Below are positions 13,288-26,099 of a stretch of 64,000 bases of DNA, piece by piece. Made by a program: the position numbers and the translations under genes. This stretch comes from Octopus vulgaris (lineage: Eukaryota), in contig OX597818.1 in NCBI GenBank assembly GCA_951406725.2, positions 4,836,001 through 4,900,000 of the forward strand, in the 5' to 3' direction. Below the pieces are notes generated by a model, which made no database searches, was not told where the DNA came from, and saw only the letters and a list, made by a program, of their open reading frames with translations. The first letter of the stretch is position 1; each line of letters begins with the position of its first letter.

Positions 13288-13661
13288 TTATATATGTGTG
13301 TAGGCGTGTATACACACACACACACATATATACAAACACGAACACGCAATCACTCACACCCACAAATACACACACACACACATGCTTGTGGATATATAGT
13401 GTAAGTGCTTGTGTGTATGCATCTGTGTACAATTCTCGCAATAAAATTACATGGAGTTCATATAAATAAATGTCAATGAGATATATTTCTTTAGCTTTTT
13501 CAATTTCTCACCACAAAGATATATCATTAGTATTGAGTTGAAATAAGAGCATAACTGCTGAAAGCTATCGGCAAATGAAATAATTTTAGCAATTCTTTCC
13601 TTTATCGATCGGGTTCAGAAAGAGAAATGCGATTATACTTTACGAATATAATATAATGAAG

Positions 13662-13662
13662 G

Positions 13663-13727
<65 letters not shown>

Positions 13728-13925
13728 ATGATGGTGATGATAAAACAGAAGAAGAGGAAGAAGAGGTACAAGTGGAGGAAGTGGAAGAGGAGGAGGAGGG
13801 GGAAGAAGACGAAGACGAAGAAGAAGAAGAAGACGAAGAAGAAGAAGAAGAAGAAGAAGAAGAAGAAGAAGAAGAAGAAGAAGAAGAAGAAGAAGAAGAA
13901 GAAGAAGAAGAAGAAGAAGAAGAAA
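13662..13925. repeat. (GAT)n-(GAA)n compound microsatellite
   Basis: Direct inspection. It is the source of the poly-M/K/E/L/H ORFs. Confidence 0.97.
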
Positions 13926-14566
13926 AGGATGATGAAGATGTAAGGCTATGTGAAGTATATTTAAGTTTTTACTCTTCTGAAGTATGCGAGAAGTTTGACT
14001 CAACTAAAATAATCTACATCATCTGTTGACTGTAACCTACATCAGATACGATGACTGACTCTCCATAAAACCTGTGTTGTGTGTTTATTGACAACTATGG
14101 CAATACTGGACTCTCAGATAAGGATTTTACTGCATAACCACTCCAACAGCTGCAGCAGCAGCAGCAACAACAATATCAATGAAGCAAAAGTGGGAGAGAG
14201 GAGAGAGAGCATAAGGGGAGATAAAGATGATGAAAAGGGGATAGTGGAAGCATATAATGCTTGTGTCTCTATAGTGTAGTAAAGTTAAACATGAAATTTG
14301 TCAGTTGTGAAGGTTTTCAATAACATCAAGGAATATGTTAAGTGTCAAAGAATATACAGTTCGTGCACCAACGTATGTATCAGTCATCCTTATATAATAG
14401 AGGAACGTGATTAAGAAATAATAATTATATGATAATGTAACTTTTACAAAAACAAAGCCTTTTCATGTCAAGAATAACCAGAAAAATAGTAAAAATTCCA
14501 ATATTAATAAATTAAATCATATGTAAACAAACATAAGACTGTTTTTGAAGTGCTGAAATGTATTGT

Positions 14567-14769
14567 AGTACAAGTAGAAAGATGTATATTTTCAACGCGT
14601 AAATACTGATAGAACAGCATATATAGTATAAAATCCTTACAGAGTAGAAAAATCTGTCACCAATCTGGCTGATTGCTGACACATTTATCTGCTTTCTAAG
14701 GATTTTATCCTATATATGCTGTTCTATCAGTATTTACGCGTTGAAAATATATATCTTTCTACTTACACT
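14567..14769. mobile_element. foldback/MITE-like palindrome (~200 bp)
   Basis: aagtagaaagatgtatattttcaacgcgtaaatactgatagaacagcatatatag...caatc is mirrored by gattg...ctatatatgctgttctatcagtatttacgcgttgaaaatatatatctttctactt, with a loop of about 5 nt near 14665. Confidence 0.8.
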
Positions 14770-14780
14770 CCGATATTAAT

Positions 14781-14987
14781 ACTCTTTTCTTTTCCTTGTT
14801 TCAGTCGTTTGATTGTGGGCATGCTGGAGCACCGCCTTTAGTCGAACAAATCGACCACAGGACTTATTCTTTGTAAGCCTAGTACTTATTCTATCGGTCT
14901 CTTTTGCCGAACCGCTAAGTTACGGGAGCGTAAACACACCAGCATCGGTTGTCAAACGATGTGGGAGGGGGGAACACAAACGTATTA

Positions 14988-15067
<80 letters not shown>

Positions 15068-15240
15068 CACATATATACGACGGGTTTCTTTCAGTTTCCG
15101 TCTACCAAATACACTCACAAGGCTTTGGTCGGCCTGAGGCTATAGTAGAAGACACTTGCCCAAGGTGCCACGCAGTGGGACTGAACCCGGAACCATGTGG
15201 TTGCTAAGCAAGCTACTTGCCTCACAGCCATTCCTGCGCC
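14781..15240 (-). mobile_element. tRNA-derived SINE family A, full length
   Basis: 5' GGCGCAGGAATGGCTGTGAGG (A box), GGTTCAGTCCC (B box), CORE-like gcaccttgggcaagtgtctt, an internal (TA)n(TG)n tract and an AAAAGA tail. Confidence 0.88.
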
Positions 15241-15769
15241 TAACATTTTTGCGAAAAAGGGCACTTCTGGTTGTATTTTTAATGCTACACGGCCTAATAA
15301 AAAAAGATAAAAAAATGAATCTTAATTTACTCCATGTCTCCATCTTTGATATTTACTAATTCCTCACTTCCGATTCGAAAAGTGCTTCTTGCTTGCAGTA
15401 GTATACAACACGAAGAGTTAAACATTTTGCAATATCCACTTACTAAAATTCTTCATACAACTTACGTGTGTAATTTTATCGCTAACATACTCTGATATTT
15501 GAATTAATCTTAAAAGTTATCGTTGTTCTCTATATTGATAATTTTTTACCTTTGGTTAGCATTTTCATAATGTTTATGAAAATATAATTACAGGTCATTG
15601 ATAACTTCTACTTTAAACGATAATTCAGCATTTGTAAAACTATGATAAACGGAAAGAGATGAAACTATATATATTTTGCCGTTCTTTTATTTATAGAAAA
15701 GTAGCTGTGCACAAATTACATGTGTAATTTGATTACATAGAAACTTTACTACATATCTGCTTGCATGCA

Positions 15770-15982
15770 TGCATACATACATTCATACATACATAATACA
15801 TACATACATACATACATACATACATACATACATACATACATACACGCATACATACATGCATACATACATACATACACACATACATACAGGCATACATACA
15901 TACATAGATTAGTTACAGGATTCATTACAATGTATGCGTCCATTTGTGTTCTTTTTATACTTACATACCTATACCTACCTAC

Positions 15983-16058
<76 letters not shown>

Positions 16059-16077
16059 ATATATCTATCTATCTATA

Positions 16078-16161
<84 letters not shown>

Positions 16162-16175
16162 AATTTATCTATCTA
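15770..16175. repeat. (TACA)n and (TATC)n tetranucleotide microsatellites
   Basis: Direct inspection (15770-15905 and 15983-16175). Confidence 0.95.
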
Positions 16176-16177
16176 TC

Positions 16178-16245
16178 AGTCATGGCTATGTGGTAAGAAG
16201 CTGCGTGGCACATTGGTCAAGTGTCTTTTATGGCCTCGGGCTATA
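16178..16245 (+). mobile_element. SINE family A 5' fragment
   Basis: catggctatgtggtaagaagct/gcgtggcacattggtcaagtgtctt...ggcctcgggc matches the head of family A, with an internal deletion. Confidence 0.6.
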
Positions 16246-17075
16246 GATTCTGCTCTAATCGCCCTCTTCAGGGCTATCCACCATCGGTTGTTAACGATTG
16301 TCCTCGTCAACTTCCGCTTAACTAGTTCACTAATCCGGTCACTGTAGTCTTTGCGTGCCGGTAAGGATGCGTTCAACTTCCAGTAACCAGGTCCCTGTCT
16401 ATGAGTCCTATCTAAATCGACTGTGCAGATCACAAATTTGCGATCTGAGTAGCCAACCAATTTGAATTGTTGACACCCTACATTATCCATATCCACTGAC
16501 CTAACAGATACTCTAGATACTATCTGGATGACCCATTGTGGTTGCTCCATGTCGACACTGGCACATCAGGGAAATCCAATCGATATCTGTCGGACAGCTG
16601 GAAGTTTCTGAGCAGATTTTCGAAGCTTTTACACTCCCTTCTATGTACAATACCCAAATCATACTTCCGCACGTCCAAAATACTATTCCAGTCCCCCACT
16701 AGTACTAAAGTGCGAGACGTTCCCAGGGATGTTTCTAGACGCCTGAAGAAATCTGGCCTTTCAGGCACTGTCGGTCATACACGGCCACCAGTCTAAAGGC
16801 ACCACCTTCACTGTCATTCATACCTAGAACCACCATCCTATCGTCCGAGTCCAATAAGATTGCCCTTACTTTGGAACCTAAGGATTTTTGGAATAACACT
16901 GCTACATCACCGCCCGCTTCCGACAGACTACAAGATGAGAATATCTTGAAATCTTCGAAAATGGATGCAAGAGCATGCTTCCCGGAAATTCTTGTTTCAC
17001 TAATTGCTGTCACATATAAATTAAGGGACCTGAGATCGCTGAGCAACCTAGGCCCCGAACATTTACACAAACTAC
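16246..17075 (-). mobile_element. L1/Tx1-clade LINE ORF2 apurinic endonuclease fragment
   Basis: CVNVRGL start, AISETRI, FRLVAVY, LVLVGDWNSILD, SRYLDRV, YSDRK (SDH position) and GPGYWKLNASL. Confidence 0.88.
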
Positions 17076-20050
17076 ATTTTATCACCGTACTGTGCATCAT
17101 TGAGCAATTTTGAGAGACGTATTAAGGCTAGACAGAAGAAGAGTGGTGATAGTCAGTCACTCTGGAAAATGCCACATGAAATACTTACATCTCCAGCATT
17201 TAGAGATTCGTTGTCATCTTTCAAAGTCAATGTGGTTCCCATGATCTGCAAAGACAAAAAGTTTCGCAAAGTAGGAGCTATTTTATACATTTCCAGACAT
17301 TTATTAATCCAGCTCTGTGGTAGGCTATCAAAAGCTTTTTTATAGTCTATACAGGCTATTGACAAGTTTTTGTGTCGTTCGTGGCAATATTCTAAGATCA
17401 TCTTATTGATGAGTAGCTGATCTTTACAACCATAAGATCCAAGTTTACATCCTGTTTGCTCATTAGGAAATATGCTACTTTCTATTAAAAAAACTATAGG
17501 CATATTCAGTCTGGACAGATGTTAGTCGGGACAGATGTTGTTGTTAAGCGGGTTATGGGTCGATAATATTTTGGTTCGTTTGTTTCTTCATTTTTTGGAA
17601 GTAGGAAGGTTAAACCTTTAAGTAGCCAAGAGGAAATCATACTAGGATGTTGCAAAACATCGTTGTAAAGTTTTGTTAGTAGTTCATGGCTCTCTGGGAA
17701 GGCATCCAGCCAGCAGTTAGGAATTTTATCCTTTCCTGGAGACTTCCATTTGTTTGACCTCTTGAGAGCAGATCTAATATCTTCTACCTTGACACTCTCC
17801 CACTAAGTCTAAGTCTGTAGATATTCTATCAACCTAAGGGCCCCTTTTTATTGTGTGTTTTTTGTTCTGCCCAAATTTTATTCCAAAATTCCTGCACTTC
17901 TTCTTTTGATGGGACAGACCTTACTGTAACTGGTATTTTCCCTGTCCTCCTGTAAAAGTTTTTGGGGTTAATTTTAGACATATTGTTGTCCTTGAAGAGT
18001 CTAATGCACTTTTCATACCTTGCTATGCGGGTACCTTTTGATTGATGTCTTGTATGGTGGTATCAATGTCAAATATGGTTTTCAAATATTTTTTTTCTTT
18101 AATTTTCGGGTTTTTGTAGGTTTGATAGTCTTTTTAAACTTGAGGTTTTTCAAACATTATATGTCAGACCTGAGTAGCTGGATTTGGTGTTGAATACGTT
18201 CTTGCCAAGAAGGCTTTTTATGGGAATGTTGTCGTTCTCTAATCTTTTCACCACAGACAACTGTTGAGATTTTCGCGGATGCATAGTACAGGTAAATGAG
18301 ATCTGTATTATCAACATCATCAGTTGAAATTATATCCTTAAGTGCAAGGCAGATTTTACAAATTATTTTCAGGTTTTGGTTAGAATTGCGAATTTTTGGG
18401 AGAGTATCGCGTTCACCCATACTGGTTTCTTTAATTTTCAGCCATTCAATCATGATTTGATTTTTTAGATCATGTAGTTCTGTTGGATCAATTTCTGTGT
18501 GATTTTCTTCATCTATTTGATTTTCATCTGTCTTAGTGTTTATGCTTGGTTCAGAGAGTATTTCACTTTGCTTATTAGTTATATTAACTCTTTCAATTAT
18601 TACTACATTTTCATCAGCTCTGGGTTGGTCTATAATTATTTCCTCTGTAGTAACTTCTTTAGCTGCAGCTTCGCTCTTTTTATCCCTTACTGCATGTTTA
18701 ATTTGGTCAATCTCTACTTCAGTTAGTAGCTTTTTTTCATAAAGTTTCTTCTGACATTGGTAAGTTTGTTACTGTTTATGTAGGGTCTTACTTCAAGGTG
18801 ACTCTGTCTCCAGTTTAAGTAGGTTTGTACAGTATTAGATTTATTTGTGGGGAAATATACGGCATGGTAGAAGGCCGTAAGTACTTCTTTATTATCTTCC
18901 CTAGACCGTTTTTCATTCTTTTTCTTTTGGTTGTTTGATGACAAGCATGGATGGCCATCTGTTGGAATATTCCGGTTGTGGCATACTTCCAGATTCTGTG
19001 TGTCGGGAAGATTTGAACCAGTAGCTGATTTCCCGAATCGAATCTGTTTCCTCATTCGAGTACGTGGCCTTTTGTAATACGGTCGATGACCATTCCAGTT
19101 TGTATTTTGCTTTGTTAACAGTGAGGCACGACGAGCCTAGACGTCGACATTAGGGGACGGATCTGTCTGTTTAGGGTTAATTTTTTGAGATAACGTTGTC
19201 TCCGAGTTCTCTGCATGTAAACATTGCTCGTAACGTAGCTTCCTAAGGCTAACAGATCTATATCATGTACGTGACCCTTTGTGATCTGGTCGACGACTAA
19301 TCTGGTTTGTAATTTGCTTTGTTATCATTGAGGCATGACGAGCTTCGACGTTAACATTAGGGAACGGATTTGTCTGTTTAGGGTCAATTTTTGAGACAAT
19401 ATCATCACCGAGTTCTCTGCATGTAAACATTACTCGTAATGTAGCTTCTTATGGCTAGCAGATCTGTATTCGTCTGTATTTTTTGTTGTTGTCGATAGGT
19501 TTATCTCCGAGCATAGTTTTTTTGTGGTGTTTTAAAACTTATGAATGGTTCATTCTGTCTGTTTTAGTTCGAAAACTAAAAAAATAAAAATAAACAAAAG
19601 TTTTGTTTTTGGTTTTTGCTTCGTTTTTGAAACGTGTTCTCATATGCCTGAATGTACGTCCTGTAAATTTCACGTAGTTGTGTAAACATTGCGATGTATG
19701 TGTAGTTCTATGGGTATCAAAATGTATATATGATTGTGTAGACATTCGAGTGTTTGCGTAATTACTCAATTTATGTACTTACATTTTTGTTCCATTTCTG
19801 TTTTATAATTTGTAAACTTTCCGATGTTGAATTCCTCTGTGTATTTCGCACATGTTTCACTGAGACATCGTTCATAGGAGAAATTGTGCTTTGTATGGCA
19901 GTAAAATATCGTTTTTTAAAAACATTTTCGTTAAAGGATCACTTCCTTCAAGTCTTCTACACGTTCCTTTATCTAATTCCATCGATGATATTGGATTGGA
20001 TTTATTTTTGAATGGGGAGCCCAGCGTAGCACGTCCATATTGTTATTCAG
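17076..20050 (-). mobile_element. R4/Dong-clade non-LTR, 5' portion (N-terminal domain + partial RT)
   Basis: REDNKEV...NKLTNVRR N-terminal region; WKSPGKDKIPNCWL; EQTGCKLGSYGCKDQLLIN; IDYKKAFDSLP; GIFQSD*LSP. The upstream UTR-like sequence reaches (TAA)n at 20052. The 5' limit is uncertain beyond ~19500. Confidence 0.85.
19061..19467. repeat. 207-bp diverged tandem duplication
   Basis: tgaggcacgacgagc at 19122 recurs as tgaggcatgacgagc at 19329. ccgagttctctgcatgtaaacatt is present in both units. Confidence 0.9.
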
Positions 20051-20051
20051 C

Positions 20052-20085
<34 letters not shown>

Positions 20086-20639
20086 GAGTGAGCGAGCAGA
20101 GCATTGCCATCAAAGTGACACTGGGGTAAAATATACGAAGCCCAATATACCCATCATGACTACCCGTCTGATAAGGGCACACCAGGCACATGCATCACAA
20201 CCATATGTGCGCGGCATGGTGATCTCATATCAAGATAAACTGCACATGACCTTGCAGGTGGGGCCCAGTTAGAATTTTCTTCAGGTTGAGTAGCCCATCC
20301 CGCTCAAACGGTCCCTGAATAAGGGTTGTTTAAGGATGTTGAAAAACCCATCCATGTCTCCAGAGGTGAATTATTCAAACCCCAAAGAATCCCTCTCAAC
20401 ACGTGGCTATGATGCTCCCCCACTACTTCTGCTCGTGATCAGAGATGCACATATCGTCAGCCACTAAGGGACATGCTCAACTGGTTAAGGTCAAACAACT
20501 GACAAGCAAATCTGTGGTATTGAGCAAAATATTTGCTGTAGCCCATCTTTTATACCAAGACAGAACAATGTACATGATAACACTTCCAATCAGTTAAGAT
20601 CAGAAGCCATGAGAGCCTCTGCCCGGTACTGCATCAGGG

Positions 20640-20640
<1 letters not shown>
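20086..20640. mobile_element. unclassified ~550-bp interspersed repeat embedded in (TAA)n, copy 1
   Basis: Near-identical to 23447-23970. Flanked on both sides by (TTA)n. No recognisable ORF. Confidence 0.75.
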
Positions 20641-20693
<53 letters not shown>

Positions 20694-20722
20694 CATTATT
20701 GTTGTTGTTATTATTATTATTA

Positions 20723-20804
<82 letters not shown>
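20641..20804. repeat. (TTA)n microsatellite / Dong tail
   Basis: Direct inspection. Confidence 0.97.
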
Positions 20805-20808
<4 letters not shown>

Positions 20809-23399
20809 TAGTTTTATATAGTGTTTTCACTTCACTACCAAGCGCAGCTCTGTGTGCCTTGGGTATGTGCTGTGATTTGTTGTGATGCTCTGATGGTTAT
20901 TGTATGGAAAGTGTTCTGCGTAGGATGTGTGCAGTGCCTAGTAGTGCAATTTTCTGTATGTTATATGTGTTTGTAAGTCCTGGTGTTTTTGTTATGTATT
21001 TGTCTGAATATGTTTTTATCATGCCTAATGCACCTACTATGATAGGAATTGTTTCTGTTTTTAGATTCCACATTCTGGTTACCTCTATTTCCAGGTCTTT
21101 GTATTTTCAAAGTTTCTCCATTTCTTTTAGAGACACGTTGTCATCTGCCGGTATTGATACATCAATTAGAAAGCATTTTTTCCTTCATGATCTCTGACAA
21201 CTATATCTGGTCTGTTGGCCTTAATTTCTCTATCTGTGTGTATCGGCATATCCCAGAGTATGGTTGCTTTCTCGTTTTCTGTGACCTTTTCTGGTGTGTG
21301 TCTATACCATCTTTTTTCTGCTGTTATTCCATAATATTGGCATTGCTTCCAGTGTATGTAGGTTCCAACTCTGTCATGTCTGTGAATATATTCCTTCTTA
21401 GCCAGGACTGGGCAGCCAGTGATAATATGATTTATTGTTTCTTGTCCATCTCCACATATTCTGCAGTTACTTGTTATATTTCTTTTCATTACATGTTTTT
21501 GGTAATTTCTGGTGGGGAGGCTTTGGTCTTGTGCTGCAATTAAAAATCCCTCTGTCTCTGCTTTGAGTCCTGAGCTTCTCAACCATTGCTGGGATTTTTC
21601 TTTGTCTATTTCTTTTGCATTTAGTTTAGTCCAGTATTTACCATGAAGGGGCTTTTCTTGCCATAGTTTTATCATGGTTTTTTGCTGTTCTATTTTTAGT
21701 TTGGATTTCATTTGTTTTATAGCTTTTGTTGTTTCTTCTTCTTCTTCTTCTTCTTCTTCTTCTTCTTCTTCTTCTTCTTCTTCTTCTTCTTCTTCTTCTT
21801 CTTCTTCTTCTTCTTCTTCTTCTTCTTCTTTATATTTGTTAGGTGGTATGATTTCTTGTTTGTATTTGTCAGCTTCCTTAAATACTGAGAACAGTTTTTT
21901 GTTTTGCTCGTGTTTTGCCGCTATTTGTATCAGTTTTCCTTCCTTCTGAAGTAGATATTTTTGCAGTCCTATGGTGGTTATTTTATAGTAGTTTTCCAGC
22001 TGTATAAGGCCTCTACCACCTTCTATACGTTGTATATATAGTCTTTCTATGTCAGATTTTGGGTGATGCATCCTAGATCCTGTCATTATTTTTCTTGTTT
22101 TCCGATCTATTTTCATTTAGTGTCCAGTTCAGGATATTGTAGCTGTAACTTATTACTGGGACAGCTAAAGTGTTAATACCTATTATCTTGTTTTTAGCAT
22201 TGAGCTCTGTTTTTAGTATTGATCTAACTCGTCTATAATATTCTTTTTTTATTTTCTCTTTCATTTGTGTGTGTTGTGTCTTATCTAGTTCATGGATTTC
22301 TAAGTATTTGTAAGTTTGGCTTTGGTCTAATTCTTTTATTTCATTGGTTTTATCTAGTGTGATGTTGCTACTCTTTACTAGTTTTCCTCTTTTCATGGTT
22401 ACTTTGACGCATTTTTCTAATCCAAATTTCATATCTATTTCTTTGGTAAATCCATGAACTGTCTTTAATAGTGTTTCCAGCAGTTTGTCATTTGCAGCGT
22501 ATAGTTTTAGGTCACCCATATATAAAAGGTGGCTGATCGTTTTGCCGTAACATTTATATCCGCATCCAGTTCTATTTAGCATATCAGATAGAGGTGACAG
22601 TGCCAAGCAGAAAAGGAGTGGAGAGAGCGTGTCTCCCTGGAATATTCCTCTTATAATGGGGATGGCTTTGGTTTTCATGAGTCCCTCTTTTGTTTGGAGC
22701 TGTAGCACTGTTTGCCATTTATTCATAGGGTGCCCTATGAATTTTATAATTGTTGGTGCTACTTTGTTAATGGCTAGTGTTTCGAGGATCCATGTGTGGG
22801 GGATGCTATCAAACGCCTTTTTGTAGTCGATCCAGGCCATACTGAGGCCTTTCTTCTTTCTGTGGCTGTCTTCAGTTATGGCTTTATTAATCATTAGTTG
22901 ATCCTTACAGCCATATGAGCCTTTGCGGCATCCTTTCTGCTCTTCTGGAAACAGGTTGTTTTCGTCCAGGTGCTTGTTCAACCTTCGCGATATCACTGCA
23001 GTAAATGCCTTGTACATTGTAGGAAGACAGGTTATTGGTCTGTAGTTTTCTGGTTTTGCTGTCTCATTTGATTTGGGAATTAAGATGGTTTTCCCCTTCG
23101 TGAGCCATTCAGGCATTGTCTCTGGCTCTGCTAGTATGTTGTTAAAGTTTTCTGCCAGCTTTTTGTGCATTCCTGTTAGATATTTCAACCAGAAGTTGGG
23201 GATCTTGTTATGCCCAGGTGCCTTCCAGTTGCTTAGTCTTTGCAGTGCCTGGGTGACCTCTTCAGTTGTTATGGGGGTCTAAAGTTGCTCAAATGCTGAG
23301 TTCGTTGTTTTAATACTCCTTTTTTTGGGTTGTTCGTTCGCCGACCATATTTCTTTCCAGAATTCTTCCACTTCTTCTGCCGTTGGTGCTGCAGTGATT

Positions 23400-23401
<2 letters not shown>
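20805..23401 (-). mobile_element. R4/Dong-clade non-LTR retrotransposon (RT + CCHC + RLE), 5'-truncated, young
   Basis: ORFs 22073..23188 (NYRPITCL, EEQKGC, WIDYKKAFDSIPH, GIFQGDTLSP, LLYMGDLKLY) and 21166..22116 (CRICGDGQETINHIITGC, RHD, RPDIVVRD). The 3' UTR ends in (AAT)n. Confidence 0.95.
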
Positions 23402-23446
<45 letters not shown>

Positions 23447-23970
23447 TAAAGTGACACTGGGGTAAAATATACGAAGCCCAGTATACCCATCATGACTATC
23501 CGTCTGATAAGGGCACACCATCATCATCATCATCATTAAAGTGACACTGGGGTAAAATATACGAAGCCCAGTATACCCATCATGACTATCCGTCTGATAA
23601 GGGTACACCAGGCACATGCATCACAACCATATGTGCGCGACATGGTGATCTCATATGAAGATAAACAGCACATGACCTTGCAGGTGGGGCCTAGTTAGAC
23701 TTTTCTTCTGGTCGAGTAACCCATCCTGCTCGAAAGGTCCTTGAATAAGGGTTGTTTAAGGATGTTGAATGAAACACCTATATTTCCAGAGGTGAATTAT
23801 TCAAACTCCATAGAATCCCTCTCAACACATGGCTATGATGCTCCCACACTACTTCCGCTCGTGATCAGAGATGCACATATTGTCGGCCACTAAGGGACAT
23901 GCTCAACTGGTTAAGGTCAAACAATTGACAAGCTAATCTGTGGTATTGAGCAGAATATTTGCTGTAGCCC
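23447..23970. mobile_element. unclassified TAA-associated repeat, copy 2, with duplicated end
   Basis: Same sequence as 20086-20640, truncated at gtagccc (23970) and followed by (TAT)n at 23971-24064. The first ~90 bp, including (CAT)n, is duplicated. Confidence 0.75.
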
Positions 23971-24025
<55 letters not shown>

Positions 24026-24212
24026 GTTATTATTATTATTGTTATTATTATTATTATTATTATTTGGTATTAAAACACAATTTTCAAATTAGATAGCATT
24101 GTTGTCGAAACTGTACTGAAGCAGAATGAATGCCTTAAAGGTCAAGCTTTATTAACCTTTGCAATTGTTTCAAATAATAGGTTTCAGTAATATACATATA
24201 TGTGTGTGTGTA

Positions 24213-25117
24213 TTGGGTTATCGCATAAGTAATGTTGTTTTTCTGTACTTTTATTTTTCAAAATTAAGATAAACAAAGTTCTTTTTTAATGTAAAATATA
24301 CGTTCCTTCATTTTCTACAATGCCCTTCCATCTATCTGGTAAACTTGCAAGGTCCCTCTTTCAAAATTCTCTAGTCCGTGACGAAAAATACTCCTCTAAT
24401 ACTGTCCTGACCTCATCTACGGAATTCACATTTTTCCGTCCTAATGATTTTGAAGACGGCGGAATAAATGATAATCAGATGAGGTAATGTCCGGCGAATA
24501 TCATGGGTGAGACATCGTTTCCCGTTCAAACTGCTCCAGCCTTTGGAACGTCATCCTCGCTATATGACTGGAAAAACAAATTTCGTCTTGAAACCAAAGC
24601 CGGTCATTTTTTTCTTCTAGCGCAGGTGTCAATGAATGGTTGACTGACCAAATCCAAGCTTTTCTGTTACTTCCTCAACAGTTACAATGGGATTTTGTTC
24701 CACCAGGGTTTGCAGAACGTTCTCATCGAGCTCTACAGATCTTCCAGGACGAGGCTCGTTCTCTAGACTGTAGCTTCCGGCTCGGAATTTCTGGAACCAC
24801 CGTTGACACTGGTTTATGCGTATTGTCCGATCTCCATATACTACATTAATAATCCATGCACTTTCCGGTGCATTGTTGTCCTTATTGAACTCATAAAGCT
24901 AAATATGCCGAATATGCTTATTTGTCACTTTCATTATAGCTTTGAAAATATAACTGTTAAAATCGAACTGCACTCTTCAAAGCTTGCACTAAAAATAAAA
25001 ATAAAGTAAAATTACTACCTGCTTTTCAAGCAAGTTGATTCAGGTAGTTTATCCCGTTTCCCTCCGACTTTTAGTCCATGCAATTGAAAAAACCGCATTA
25101 TTTATGGGATGACCCAA
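24213..25117 (-). mobile_element. mariner (Mos1/Hsmar1-like) DNA transposon, internally deleted, both TIRs
   Basis: TIRs ttgggttatcgcataagtaatg and cattatttatgggatgacccaa, each flanked by TA. HIRHI*LYEF..CQRWFQKFRAG.YSLENEPRPGR (HTH) and YSPDITSSDYHLF are present. Confidence 0.92.
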
Positions 25118-25498
25118 TATATAAATATGTATGTGTGTATGGACGTATCATTTCCATCTAAAAGTGTTCTTCATACTACCATACGAAATATTTCTTATAA
25201 ATTGCATCAGATTATATTTTGTGATTTCAAACATAGAATCAATTAGCTGTGTTTATATATTTAGTGAGATCGGTATGTCCTAACTGCATTCTACAACCAA
25301 AATTAAAGTGCAGGCGGGAGAAAGTATAGTATTCGTGACTAAATGAATCATTCTATATTTACATCATAATTTATTGGTATCTCTTTTGAGTAGGTTCTTG
25401 ATGGATTTAAACATGCAGACATTTCACCTAATTGTTTTTAATGAAAATTTTGTGATCTTTCTGTATACAATTACAAAAATAATCGTAACCCTTATGTG

Positions 25499-25561
<63 letters not shown>

Positions 25562-26099
25562 GTGTGTACACACACATGTATTATATATATGTGTATATAT
25601 ATATATCTACATACATTAATATATGCGTATGTATATGTGCGTATATATTTATATAAACATATATATGTCTGTACGCGCGTGTGTATGTGTGGGTTTGTGT
25701 GTGTGTGAGAGAGAGAGAGAAAGAGAAAGAGAGAGAGAGAAAGAAAGAGAGAGAGAAAAAGAGAGAGCATGTGCGAGTGTGCCCATTTACAATCCTGTGT
25801 ACACGTATGCGTTGCTAATTCTCATTGCTCTTTGGTAGAACAACTAAGAAACATACCAAAACTCACTAAAGTTTTGGTTTGGTGTTTCGAAATTAATAAA
25901 GACTTCGATTGTGAATGAAATAATGAGTGTAAAAAGAAATTTACAATTGTACGATGTGAAAATTTTTCTTTAATAAAACGTCTTATGCGCGGTTATCAAG
26001 GTATTGGCATATATTCCTCAAATATCTTCACTATATATGTCATGTATATCAATCTAATCAACTTACATCATATATATATGTATTTCCAGCTGGTTAATT

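Noticed and set aside
14781-15240. tRNA gene suggested by A and B boxes
   Set aside because: No cloverleaf or terminator. It continues into a multi-copy SINE body.
12968-16347. Many ORFs rich in HT/CV/IY/YLSI or poly-L/M/K/E (also at 25374-26699, 33222-33597, 43901-44467, 47867-48162 and elsewhere)
   Set aside because: They are translations of microsatellites that lack stop codons, not genes.
20086-23970. True LTR retrotransposon interpretation of the direct repeats
   Set aside because: There are no TG..CA ends, PBS or PPT. The internal sequence is a non-LTR RLE element with its own TAA tail.
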